From: a virus
Lineage: Duplodnaviria; Caudoviricetes
Length of the DNA: 64,000 nucleotides
Virus record (IMG/VR): IMGVR_UViG_3300005844_000023
Coordinates: 1,507-65,506 of that record
Strand: one strand, 5' to 3'
Under the pieces are notes generated by a model. It searched no databases. It saw only the letters and a program-made list of their open reading frames with translations, and was not told the origin of the DNA. A program made the translations under genes and the position numbers. Positions 25,321-34,199 of the stretch are shown one piece after another; positions within the stretch are counted from its first letter, which is position 1, and every line of letters begins with the position of its first letter.

Positions 25321-26342
25321 AAACGCAAATCTGGAATGGCGAGAAGATCAGCACGCCCGGCATTTATGCCAACGTTCCGCTCGACTTGTATCATAGCCAG
25401 GATATTTGCGACGGCCCGAGCGTGTCATCGAGCGGTCTGCGCCGCGTGATGTATGAGAACGGCGGCTCGCCCGCGCATTTCTATGCCGAATGGAGCGGCA
25501 ACCCCAACCGCATCGATCCGGCGGAAAAGAAGGCGTGGACGTTCGGTCGCGCGGTGCATCACTTGATGCTCGGGCAGGCGGACTTCGCGCGCGAGTTCGT
25601 GTTTCGCCCGGAGGAAATACCCGACAAGGCGGGCGTGCTGCAAAGCTGGCAAGGCAACAAGACGATCTGTCGGCAATGGCTCGCGCAAGCGGCGGCTGGC
25701 GGTGCGCGTTGGGACGCGGTGCATTTGACGTGGGTGCGCGACGAGAAGCAGGGGCCACTGACGGTTCTGATCGGCGAGGATGCGCTGCACATCACTGGGA
25801 TCGCGAAAGCGTTGATGCAGCACTCGTACATTTACAACAAGGATCAGCCGGGGCAGGGCGTCTTGAACGGCGCGATCGAGCGGTCGTTCTTCTGGAAGGA
25901 CAAGCGCACCGGGCTGTGGCTCAAAGCGCGTCCTGACAGCGTGCCGACCGACAGCGGCGATTACGCCGATCTCAAGACCACCACCAGCGTGCAATTGCCC
26001 GAGATCGCCAAGGCGGTGACGAACTTCGCCTATCACCAACAGGCGGCGCTGATCGGCGAAGGCTCGCGCGTCTGCGCCGACATTCCGATGACGATGTTCC
26101 TGCTGGTGTTCGTCGAGAAGAAGCCGCCGTATTGCGTGGGCTTCAACGTGATCCCCGACGCGCACATTCGCGAGGGCGAGAAGCAGAACCGCGACGCGCT
26201 CGACATCATCGCGGGCTGCATCAAGTCGGGCAAATGGCCGGGACCGCATGAGGGCGAAATTCTCACCGTCGGATTGTCTGATCGCTACCTGCAAGAGGCC
26301 GAGCGCAACCGCGTTGCACGTCAAGCGGAGCGCGCAGCATGA
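25317..26342 (+). CDS. RecE/ExoVIII-like PD-(D/E)XK exonuclease
   Basis: GIY..VP.D.YH; SSSGL; FGRAVHHL.L; E.S.FW.D..TG.W.KARPD; ADLKT; YH.QAA. Confidence 0.85.
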   Translation: MKTQIWNGEKISTPGIYANVPLDLYHSQDICDGPSVSSSGLRRVMYENGGSPAHFYAEWSGNPNRIDPAEKKAWTFGRAVHHLMLGQADFAREFVFRPEEIPDKAGVLQSWQGNKTICRQWLAQAAAGGARWDAVHLTWVRDEKQGPLTVLIGEDALHITGIAKALMQHSYIYNKDQPGQGVLNGAIERSFFWKDKRTGLWLKARPDSVPTDSGDYADLKTTTSVQLPEIAKAVTNFAYHQQAALIGEGSRVCADIPMTMFLLVFVEKKPPYCVGFNVIPDAHIREGEKQNRDALDIIAGCIKSGKWPGPHEGEILTVGLSDRYLQEAERNRVARQAERAA

Positions 26343-26512
26343 CAGGAGTCACCGCAGTCGCCGACGACATCACCATCATGTTCCAAAACGAGGACGACGG
26401 GGTCAAAGTGGTGGTGCATTTTGTCAACAGCGCCACGTTCATCGTCCGCAAGGGAGCCTATCTCAAATTGACGTTCGAGCGCCCGGTGGCGTTCAAGGTG
26501 GTGCAAGGATGA
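26339..26512 (+). CDS. Small hypothetical protein
   Basis: Read manually; ATGA overlap. Confidence 0.5.
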   Translation: MTGVTAVADDITIMFQNEDDGVKVVVHFVNSATFIVRKGAYLKLTFERPVAFKVVQG

Positions 26513-26796
26513 TGCTTCGCATTCATTTCTGGCGCAGCGGCGTGCATGTTATCATGCGCGGGTACATCGGCGCGCAGGCGGGGTCGCTGGCGTATTGCGG
26601 CGAACTTGTCATGCGTGCGGAAGAGTTCGAGTGTTTGCACAACATCGAAAAGGGTGTTCCGATACGCGTCGAATGGTTCGACAAGACGGAGCAGCCGATA
26701 ACGGAGACTGACCATGAACGACGTGTTGACCAAGAAAGACCTCGCCGATCAGAACCTCGACAAGGTGTTTCCGCACGGCCTCAGCGAGGCCGATGA
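26509..26796 (+). CDS. Hypothetical protein (3' end overlaps RecT)
   Basis: ATGA overlap with upstream gene. Confidence 0.4.
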   Translation: MMLRIHFWRSGVHVIMRGYIGAQAGSLAYCGELVMRAEEFECLHNIEKGVPIRVEWFDKTEQPITETDHERRVDQERPRRSEPRQGVSARPQRGR

Positions 26797-27889
26797 ACCG
26801 TCGCAAGTCTCGACCGCGATGGTGACGATGCGGCCGGGCTTCGGCGGCAGCGCCGTCGAGCTTGAGAGCGCCAAGATGATGTCGATGGCGGGGCCGCTGG
26901 TGCCGGAATTCCTGCGCAACAATCCGGGCCATTGCTGGGGCGTGATCCAGCTTTCGAAGCGTTGGTCGCGCTATGACGAGCGTACCAACAGTTGGATCAG
27001 CTTCGATCCGATCGCGATCGCGTCGTGCATGTATCTGGTCGAGGGCAAGCAAGGGCCGACGGTCGGTTACAACAGTCAATTCGTTGGCGCGCTGGTTGAT
27101 GCGTTCACCAGCGCGCAGTTGCGTTTCATCTTCGACGGCGAGGGGCAGGAGTTGACCTGCACCTGCATCGGCACGTTGAAGGGCGACAAGCAGCCGTTCG
27201 AATACACCACGCCGCCGCTGCGTCTGATCACGCCCAAGCGGTCGCCGTTATGGGAATCCGATCCCAAACGGCAACTGAGCTACTACGCTCGGCGCGCTTG
27301 GGCGCGACTGTTCACGCCGGGCGTGTTGTTGGGCGTGTTCGACGTGGACGAACTCGAAGGGAACATCGTGCATCGGGTGCGCGATCTCAACACCGTGAAC
27401 GCCGCCGATGGGCTGCACGAGCGGCTGGCGCGCGCGGTGGCGCAGAACCGAGGCGATCGCGAGGGGTTCTCGGGCGAGGTGTCGAACGAGATGCCCGCCA
27501 GCCGTCCAGCGCAGCCCGTGGGTGAGCCGGAACAGGATGACGTGCTGCCCCCTAGCCGCCCGCGCAAGACGCGCGCCAGTGGCCCCGGCAAGGCGGATCG
27601 CACGGTCAAGGTATCGGCCGCGAGAGGCATGTCGCCTCCGGAAAAGACCTCGCGACCGAAGGAGGCGGCGCGGCGGCCCGAACCCGCAACGCCGCTTCCG
27701 ACCAACGTGAAGGAATACCGCAAATACGTGACGGCATGGTTGCCGTCGCTCGACACCGAGGAAACCATCGAAGCGCGCTGGCGCACCGAGATGAAGCTGC
27801 GCAATTTCTGCGGCGTGGTCGAAGAGGATCGCGCCGCGATCCGGCTGCTGGTGGACGCCAGAATTCAACAGTTGCGACAAGCACGATAG
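26714..27889 (+). CDS. RecT-like ssDNA annealing recombinase
   Basis: P..LR.NP..C..V.....RW..DP.A.A; SPLW..DPK.QL.Y.A.R.WAR...P.V.LGV...DEL; downstream of RecE-like gene. Confidence 0.8.
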   Translation: MNDVLTKKDLADQNLDKVFPHGLSEADEPSQVSTAMVTMRPGFGGSAVELESAKMMSMAGPLVPEFLRNNPGHCWGVIQLSKRWSRYDERTNSWISFDPIAIASCMYLVEGKQGPTVGYNSQFVGALVDAFTSAQLRFIFDGEGQELTCTCIGTLKGDKQPFEYTTPPLRLITPKRSPLWESDPKRQLSYYARRAWARLFTPGVLLGVFDVDELEGNIVHRVRDLNTVNAADGLHERLARAVAQNRGDREGFSGEVSNEMPASRPAQPVGEPEQDDVLPPSRPRKTRASGPGKADRTVKVSAARGMSPPEKTSRPKEAARRPEPATPLPTNVKEYRKYVTAWLPSLDTEETIEARWRTEMKLRNFCGVVEEDRAAIRLLVDARIQQLRQAR

Positions 27890-27995
27890 CCCGCCAGAGG
27901 GGCTACGATCGGCGCAGCGTATAAGCGCCGGAGGGGGCGGCTCGTCGCCCACGGTCCTAGAGCGGGCCGCCCCCGAACGTTCATGGAGACTGACA

Positions 27996-28199
27996 ATGGC
28001 AACGACGCGTCAGATCGGCGACATCATCTTCCACGTCCCCTGTCCATCGATCTGGGATGCCGAATGGCCGCCCGTCAGCGTCATCTTCGTCGGCAACGGC
28101 TGGAGGATATGCCATCCCAGCGGCCGGCCGATGCACCGCAAGCCGTTTACCAGCCTGAACGAGGCGATCGGCCTCATAACCAGGAGTGTGCAGAAATGA
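27996..28199 (+). CDS. Small hypothetical protein
   Basis: GGAGACTGAC start. Confidence 0.7.
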   Translation: MATTRQIGDIIFHVPCPSIWDAEWPPVSVIFVGNGWRICHPSGRPMHRKPFTSLNEAIGLITRSVQK

Positions 28200-28612
28200 A
28201 CGGAAAGCTTCCCCCCGACGAGACACTTGCCGCCGCGCTCAAGCGCGCCACCAATGCGATCAACGACGCCGCCAACCCTTCTGCGAGCGGCGGCGCTGTG
28301 CCAGCCCAGATCAATGGTGGGCATTCCGCATCGGTGGGCGAGGAGAATGCCCGTCGCCTGCGCCAAGCCGCTGAGAACACCGCGCGGATGGTGGAGGAGC
28401 AGGCCGCCGAACGTCTCGCCGTTGCCGAAAGCACGGTCGAGGAGGCGAAGGCGTTGCAGGCCAAGGCGAAGGACATTGCCGACGGCATTCGCGCGGCGGC
28501 CGAGGTGGAGGCCAAGCGCGCGATTGAATTGACCGGCTTGCTCGACGAGACAGATCACATGCTTGAACATTTCGGCCAGAAGTTCAGCAACGAGGGGAGT
28601 CGCGCATCATGA
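28196..28612 (+). CDS. Coiled-coil hypothetical protein
   Basis: ATGA overlap; Ala/Glu-rich helix. Confidence 0.6.
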   Translation: MNGKLPPDETLAAALKRATNAINDAANPSASGGAVPAQINGGHSASVGEENARRLRQAAENTARMVEEQAAERLAVAESTVEEAKALQAKAKDIADGIRAAAEVEAKRAIELTGLLDETDHMLEHFGQKFSNEGSRAS

Positions 28613-28935
28613 AGATCGGTCCCGAACATGCCGAAATCGTGCCGCCGCCCAAGGTCGCGCCCGAAGATGACGAAGCGAAACGGTTCGGGCTGGCGCGCGG
28701 CCTGAAGGTCGAGCACAACCGCATGCAATATCGCTGCGCGAACTGTGATCGCTTTCAACCGCACGGATCGGTGATCGTGTGGGTCGCAGACGGCGTCAAG
28801 ATCGGCGATCCGAGCTGGGCGATCGAAGAGAACGAGCGCATCAACGCGTTCAACGGCTCGGGTTCGGGCTGGTGTCTCGAATGCGCGCAACGGCTCTCAG
28901 GCATGCGCCCGCACCCGTGGTGGAGGTTCTGGTGA
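28609..28935 (+). CDS. Zinc-finger-like protein (CANC...CLEC)
   Basis: ORF track; two CxxC motifs. Confidence 0.6.
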   Translation: MKIGPEHAEIVPPPKVAPEDDEAKRFGLARGLKVEHNRMQYRCANCDRFQPHGSVIVWVADGVKIGDPSWAIEENERINAFNGSGSGWCLECAQRLSGMRPHPWWRFW

Positions 28936-29117
28936 TCACCGCCAACAAGATCGTGCGGATAATGGCGGCTTGCATGACGATCGTCTACGCTTCGTCGGCG
29001 TTGCTAGCGATGATCCGGGGCAAGATTTGGCTTTCCGTCATTGACGCGATGATCATGGTTGCGATGGTCGTTTTGTACGAGATGTTTCCCGATCGAACGC
29101 CACGGAGGCGACGATGA
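28932..29117 (+). CDS. Small two-helix membrane protein
   Basis: GTGA overlap; hydrophobic. Confidence 0.5.
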   Translation: MITANKIVRIMAACMTIVYASSALLAMIRGKIWLSVIDAMIMVAMVVLYEMFPDRTPRRRR

Positions 29118-29464
29118 CGACGAAATACATCTTGCGCGGCAAGACGCCGGTGCCATGCGACGACTTGATGGAATGGGCGCGCTGGATGGACACGCGCGAG
29201 AGCATCGTGAAGCAAACCAAGATCGGGACGATGTTCGTCAGCACCGTGTTCCTCGGGCTCGATCATAGTCTCGACGGTGATCCGCCGATCCTGTTCGAGA
29301 CGATGACGTTCTGCGACGACTCGATCGCCTGCCAGCGTTGCTCGACGTGGGAGCAAGCCGAGGAGCGCCATCGCTGCGCCGTGGAACAAGCCGAGGCGTT
29401 GCAGAAACGGGCAGATGCGATCGTGAGTTCATCGCTCGCTCCATCACACTCAAGGGAGCGATGA
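29114..29464 (+). CDS. Conserved-looking phage hypothetical protein (VSTVFLGLDH..DG.PPILFETM.F)
   Basis: ORF track; motif resembles a common phage hypothetical family. Confidence 0.65.
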   Translation: MTTKYILRGKTPVPCDDLMEWARWMDTRESIVKQTKIGTMFVSTVFLGLDHSLDGDPPILFETMTFCDDSIACQRCSTWEQAEERHRCAVEQAEALQKRADAIVSSSLAPSHSRER

Positions 29465-29531
29465 TGCCCCGCCGCCCGCGCCGCATACTGCAACCCCTGG
29501 GGCGGGCGGCGGGGAACTAAGAGAGATCGCC

Positions 29532-29612
29532 ATGACGCGCGAACACGTTGCATCGCTGATCGTGCTCGCGCTGTTCGTCTGCGTGATGTGGCTGATGTGG
29601 GAGGCCAAATGA
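29532..29612 (+). CDS. Tiny membrane peptide (MTREHVASLIVLALFVCVMWLMWEAK)
   Basis: Read manually. Confidence 0.4.
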   Translation: MTREHVASLIVLALFVCVMWLMWEAK

Positions 29613-29810
29613 ATGGCCAACGATTTTGAGACGTCCGACCAACAGCGGATTCGCGAGCTGAATGCCGAGATCGTGCGGCTGCGTGGACGTTTGATGACGA
29701 GGCGCAAGGTGTTTGATGCGGTATGGGTAGCCTTCGTCGTGCTTGGATGCTCCTTCGCGATCATATTGGGGATGCACTGGCTTATATATGGTCCCCATCA
29801 TTGCGATTAG
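29613..29810 (+). CDS. MANDF-family coiled-coil/membrane protein
   Basis: ORF track. Confidence 0.55.
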   Translation: MANDFETSDQQRIRELNAEIVRLRGRLMTRRKVFDAVWVAFVVLGCSFAIILGMHWLIYGPHHCD

Positions 29811-29841
29811 TTCGCGCCCCGCCGCGCATTGAGGGAAACTA

Positions 29842-30198
29842 GTGGCCAACGATTTTGAGATGCCCGACAAGGTGCGCATTCCCGCGCTGTATGCTGAGAT
29901 CGAGCGGCTGACGGGCGAGCGCGCTGGAGATCAGCAGCGGCTATTTCATTATGAAGGCGAGATCGAGCGGCTGACGGCTGAGATTGCGCGGCTCAAGGCC
30001 GACGACACCCCTTATTCCGAGATCGACATGAATATGCATGTCGAGGCTGTTACCAAAGACTTGAAGGCTGAGATCGAGCGGCTGCGGGCGGCGCTGAACA
30101 ACATTGTCACTCGATATGATACCAAGCAGGATGGTTGGCATGCCGAGGATATGAAGGAAATCGCCCGCCGCGCATTGGAGGGAAACAGTGGCCAATGA
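29842..30198 (+). CDS. MANDF-family EIERL-repeat protein
   Basis: ORF track; 4 EI.RL units. Confidence 0.6.
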   Translation: MANDFEMPDKVRIPALYAEIERLTGERAGDQQRLFHYEGEIERLTAEIARLKADDTPYSEIDMNMHVEAVTKDLKAEIERLRAALNNIVTRYDTKQDGWHAEDMKEIARRALEGNSGQ

Positions 30199-30550
30199 TT
30201 ATGAAGGCGAGATCGAGCGGCTCAAGGCCGAATACGAACGGCTGCACGCGCATGATCTGACGACCGTGAAGGAATGCGCGCGGTTGCACGAGGAGATTGA
30301 ACGACTGCGGGCTTGTCTTGCAATTCAGTATGGCCTGCAGCCGGGAGGTGACCTAGCCAAAGGTGCCGAGATAGCTAAGGCTGAGGCAGTTGCTGCAGAG
30401 CGCGCGGCCTTTGCTCTTGAGGCGGCGGCGGCCATTGCCGCCGAGCGCGAGCGGTGCGTGCAAGTGCTCAAATGGTTTGCGACTGATGACGGACGCCTCA
30501 TGCAGAACGACATTAGCCCGATAGTCGCCGCTATCAGGAAGGGCGAGTGA
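30188..30550 (+). CDS. MANDY-family EIERL-repeat protein
   Basis: ORF track. Confidence 0.6.
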   Translation: MANDYEGEIERLKAEYERLHAHDLTTVKECARLHEEIERLRACLAIQYGLQPGGDLAKGAEIAKAEAVAAERAAFALEAAAAIAAERERCVQVLKWFATDDGRLMQNDISPIVAAIRKGE

Positions 30551-30741
30551 GAATGAAATGCAAGCATAACGTGCCTGCGGAGTTGTGCCCTGATTGCCTA
30601 AGAGTTGAGATCGAGCGGCTGCGCGCGCAATTAGATGACGGGCCTGCGGTCACCGATCTGGTCCAGGAGTTGCGGGCCGAGGTCGAGCGGCTGACTCGGC
30701 GCGTCTCTGATCTTGAGAAATATCCCCGGGATTTGACGTAG
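30547..30741 (+). CDS. EIERL-repeat protein with N-terminal C.H...CPDC
   Basis: ORF track. Confidence 0.55.
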   Translation: MRMKCKHNVPAELCPDCLRVEIERLRAQLDDGPAVTDLVQELRAEVERLTRRVSDLEKYPRDLT

Positions 30742-30744
30742 CCA

Positions 30745-30981
30745 ATGACAACAGAGGAGGCATTGGAAGTGACCGACAACTGGACCCCGTCGCAGCGGGG
30801 CAAGCATCAGTTGAGAAACTCGCTCGAAGTGATGCGGCTTCGCGCGGCGCTTTGCATGATCGCGAAGCGTGAATACGACGCGGCGGTTTACACCGCCGAG
30901 ACTTTTGCGAATGACGTTCTGCGCGGCATCGCGGAGATAAAAAAAGACCGGCGAGGCATCACTGCCAAGCCGGCCAAGTAG
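30745..30981 (+). CDS. Hypothetical protein
   Basis: ORF track. Confidence 0.5.
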   Translation: MTTEEALEVTDNWTPSQRGKHQLRNSLEVMRLRAALCMIAKREYDAAVYTAETFANDVLRGIAEIKKDRRGITAKPAK

Positions 30982-31040
30982 CAAAGCACCGGGGAGGAAG
31001 CACGGTGCCTGACCGTCTCGCGACGGACTGGGAGGGAGAA

Positions 31041-31289
31041 ATGAAATGGAGCGTCGTGTTGCTATCTCTCTTGCTCGGCGCATGTGCCGGATCGAAAGCC
31101 AACGAATGGCAGAAACAGAATTCGACGATGGCGCAAATCGAGCAGGACTTGATCGAGTGCAAATACGAGGCCGACAAGTACACGCCGCAATCGCGTGGCG
31201 ATCCGTTGGCGACCGGCATCAACGATGGATTGCGCAACGTCTCTCTGCGCGATCAGTGCATGACGGTGAGAGGCTATCAGAAGCGGTGA
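31041..31289 (+). CDS. Putative lipoprotein
   Basis: Signal peptide with lipobox LGAC; strong GGAGGGAG RBS. Confidence 0.7.
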   Translation: MKWSVVLLSLLLGACAGSKANEWQKQNSTMAQIEQDLIECKYEADKYTPQSRGDPLATGINDGLRNVSLRDQCMTVRGYQKR

Positions 31290-31290
31290 A

Positions 31291-31554
31291 TCACTTCTGA
31301 TCGCAGGGCGAAGCCTTGTTCTCGTTGCGCCCCTGTTCGAGACCGCGCGCCGTGCCTTCGGCGCGCGCTGCCGCGTCGGTGGCGGCGACGAGGGCATCCT
31401 TCATCGAGTTGGTGGCAAGCTCGACGGTCTTGATGTCGGTCTTCACCTGCTGCACGGCTTGATGATTCTTGTAGGCGAGAAATGCCGTGACCATGTTCGA
31501 AATGGCGACAACCGCGAGTATGATGTTGTTGATGACGTTGGGATCAGTGAACAT
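31291..31554 (-). CDS. Holin-like membrane protein
   Basis: N-terminal TM helix and charged C-terminus; in the lysis region. Confidence 0.5.
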   Translation of the reverse strand: MFTDPNVINNIILAVVAISNMVTAFLAYKNHQAVQQVKTDIKTVELATNSMKDALVAATDAAARAEGTARGLEQGRNENKASPCDQK

Positions 31555-31576
31555 TTCTTTGGTCTTTCGTTGGCTA

Positions 31577-32029
31577 TCAGCATTGATAGCGGTGAGGAAA
31601 TTCTGATCCCTTGATCAATGTGATCTGCGGGCGCAACCATCCCCCCTTGTTGTCCAGGCCGCGGTGGCGATCGATGACCTCGAGCGCGTCCGACGGGTAA
31701 TAGGCGCGCATGGTATTGGTGCCCTCGACGCTGATCGTGTAATGCGCGAGCCCAAGCAGGTACGGCACGTAGCCGGGATGAAAGCCCAGCACCGCGTCCT
31801 TCTCCAGGCAGGAGTTGGGATAGCCCAGCACCATCGTGCAGCTCGAATAGCAGTTGCCGCGCACGACGACGTGGACGCCGTCCTTGTAGAGCTTGTCGTA
31901 GCGTCGGTTGTAGACCGCGATGTCGCCGCCACCGTCGGCGTCGATGTACGTCGTCTTGAACGTTGCCGCGCCGACGCCGATCGCCGCGACGGCGATCCCG
32001 GCCTGCGCGATGCGCTTGGTCGTGATCAT
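31577..32029 (-). CDS. Secreted protein with ClpP/crotonase-like motif
   Basis: Signal-like N-terminus; G.CYSSCTMVLG....C....AVLGFH. Confidence 0.55.
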   Translation of the reverse strand: MITTKRIAQAGIAVAAIGVGAATFKTTYIDADGGGDIAVYNRRYDKLYKDGVHVVVRGNCYSSCTMVLGYPNSCLEKDAVLGFHPGYVPYLLGLAHYTISVEGTNTMRAYYPSDALEVIDRHRGLDNKGGWLRPQITLIKGSEFPHRYQC

Positions 32030-32214
32030 TTGCGCGCTGCCTCCGCGGCATCGAGGGTCACGCGCACGACGTTCAAGAGCATCTGTCGGCCTTCCTTGCT
32101 CTCGAACTTGGCGATCACCTGATCCTTGAACATGAAATTGTGTGCCGCCAATTCTTGCAGCAGCCGCGTGTGAGCCGCGTCAAACCCGGCGTTCTCTTCC
32201 TTGACCGTGGGCAT
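32026..32214 (-). CDS. Small hypothetical protein
   Basis: ORF track. Confidence 0.55.
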   Translation of the reverse strand: MPTVKEENAGFDAAHTRLLQELAAHNFMFKDQVIAKFESKEGRQMLLNVVRVTLDAAEAARK

Positions 32215-32226
32215 GATCGTTGTCCC

Positions 32227-32667
32227 CTATGCTGTGACCGCTGTGACCGGCGTGCCCAGCTTCTTCGCCATCAATTGCATCAGTGCGGTCTGTACGAGGT
32301 TGCCCGCCCAACCGTCGACCGTCATGCCGAGTTGCTTCTGCAATTGCGCGACGGCCGCGCCGGTCTTGGGGCCGTAGACGCCGTCGACGACGAGGTTGGG
32401 GCTCGGCGTCAGGAAGATGTTCAGCGCGCCCTGAATCCATTTGTTGAGATTCATGTCGTATTGCGTCATGGCGACCGCCGCGATGCGCAGTTCGGGCTTG
32501 ACGTTGGGGAACAACAAGCCGCCGAGCGCATCGAGTGGTTCGGCCAGGTGCGGCAGAACCTCGCGAATCTTGCTGACGATGTCGCTGTTGCCGTTGGCGA
32601 TGGTGACGATGGTATTGATCGCGGACGCGGCCGAGATCAGCGTCGGAATCAGCGAAAGCCAATTCAT
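32227..32667 (-). CDS. Peptidoglycan-binding domain protein
   Basis: L.VDGVYGPKTGAAVAQLQKQLGMTVDGWAG (PG_binding_1 pattern); GGAGACTGAC start. Confidence 0.8.
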   Translation of the reverse strand: MNWLSLIPTLISAASAINTIVTIANGNSDIVSKIREVLPHLAEPLDALGGLLFPNVKPELRIAAVAMTQYDMNLNKWIQGALNIFLTPSPNLVVDGVYGPKTGAAVAQLQKQLGMTVDGWAGNLVQTALMQLMAKKLGTPVTAVTA

Positions 32668-32668
32668 G

Positions 32669-33241
32669 TCAGTCCTCCCTGGTGAATTTGATCGTTGGGT
32701 CGATCGCGGCCATCATTCGCATGATCGGCGCGACGCCGGGTTGCGTGTCCCAGGTGGTCGCCGAGAACACGCCGTCCCTGATGTACTTGCCCGGGCGCTG
32801 GATCGACGTGCCGCCCCAGATGTAGGGCGAGGGCATGCCGTTGTGGTAGTCGTTGTATCCAGTGCCGTTGTAAATCTCGTGGTAGTAAAGTTGCTTCTCC
32901 AACCGCCAATCGTGGACGTTGTTCAGGCCGTCGTGCTTGAGCGCCCAGACCGCGCTCTCATAGAAGCTGGCGAACGGGCCGGAGATCGGAATGTGCGTGG
33001 ATCGCCGGTTCCAGGGGTCGCCCTGCGCCAGCGCCCTGGAGAAGTCGTTGCTGGCCTCGCGCATGTGAATGAGCGCGATCATATACCAGGGCACGCCGGT
33101 GGCGGCCTCGATCGGCGTGTAATGATCCTTCAGCGCGACGAGGTGGTGCGCGATGGCGTTGAATTCCGCAACGCGACCGGGCTTGATCGTCATCGCGTCC
33201 CATTGTTTGGCGTAGTCCGGCCACTTCAAACCATAGCGCAT
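32669..33241 (-). CDS. Endolysin, lysozyme-like (alphaproteobacterial COG5526-like)
   Basis: Y..IE.ATGVPWYMIA.IH.REAS.DF...LAQGDP; E.YNG.GY; SPYIWGGT; GKYI.DG. Confidence 0.8.
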   Translation of the reverse strand: MRYGLKWPDYAKQWDAMTIKPGRVAEFNAIAHHLVALKDHYTPIEAATGVPWYMIALIHMREASNDFSRALAQGDPWNRRSTHIPISGPFASFYESAVWALKHDGLNNVHDWRLEKQLYYHEIYNGTGYNDYHNGMPSPYIWGGTSIQRPGKYIRDGVFSATTWDTQPGVAPIMRMMAAIDPTIKFTRED

Positions 33242-33248
33242 GCGAACC

Positions 33249-34199
33249 TCAGAGTTGCCAGCACTTGAATCCGTTGAACGACAGCGCCAGGCGCGGATCG
33301 GTGTTGGCCATCGCCCAAGTTTCGCAGTTCAGATTGATGAGCCGGAGCTGCCAGCGCGTGACGTCGGTGCTGTAGTCGTGATGCGCGCTGCGCGGCGATG
33401 CGTTGATGGCGCTGATCCCGGCTTGCAGCTGCGCCGCTGACATCGACCACTGGTATTTGCGCCAGTATGGATCGCTGCCGATGTTGAATGCGCCGGTCCC
33501 GTTCGATGTGATCCAGGCCGAGCCCGGCTTGCATTCGGGGAACAGGATCGCGACGTCGTCGACGTCGTCGAAGCTGATCTGATCGCCCGCACCGAAGTCC
33601 CACTCGAAGCCGCTGCCCGCCTCGCTGGCGACCGAATACTGGTTCTGCAACAGACGCGGGCAGATGTAGATTTGCCGCGACGGCTGCGCGACGTCGGAGA
33701 GGTTCGCCACGAAGTAGCTGAAGACGATGCCCTGCTGATCGACGCGGCCCTGGCCGACATGCGGCACGTAGCAGAACGGGAACACGATGTTCGCGCACAT
33801 GCGCAGACCGAGCCCGCCGTTCCAGGGGCGCACGAAATTCGGGCCGCAGAACCAGTAATTGGCGAGACACGACAGATAGACCGGCGAGCCCATATTGGGA
33901 TCGACCGCGCGCGGGCATAGCGAGATGCCGATGGTCGAGCCGCCTTGCAGCGCGTTGATCTTGTACGGATCGCCGGTCTCGATCCCGATGCAATTGCTGT
34001 CGCCGTCACCGGCATAGAACGTCAGCGGGTTGACGTGCGCGTCGGGAACGAAGTTCGGGAACGGGTAGCGCGACGTGCCAGCGGTGGGGAACCAGGTGTG
34101 CTGACCGCAGCCGCCAGCGTTCGGCCCGGTGTAGCCGTTCCACTGCACGTTCTGATAGGCGACCGGGATCGTCTCCTGCGCGTAGAGGAGCGTGGTCAT
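33249..34199 (-). CDS. Unknown Cys/Trp/Asn-rich beta protein after tail fibre
   Basis: 316-aa ORF abutting the tail fibre stop. Confidence 0.6.
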   Translation of the reverse strand: MTTLLYAQETIPVAYQNVQWNGYTGPNAGGCGQHTWFPTAGTSRYPFPNFVPDAHVNPLTFYAGDGDSNCIGIETGDPYKINALQGGSTIGISLCPRAVDPNMGSPVYLSCLANYWFCGPNFVRPWNGGLGLRMCANIVFPFCYVPHVGQGRVDQQGIVFSYFVANLSDVAQPSRQIYICPRLLQNQYSVASEAGSGFEWDFGAGDQISFDDVDDVAILFPECKPGSAWITSNGTGAFNIGSDPYWRKYQWSMSAAQLQAGISAINASPRSAHHDYSTDVTRWQLRLINLNCETWAMANTDPRLALSFNGFKCWQL

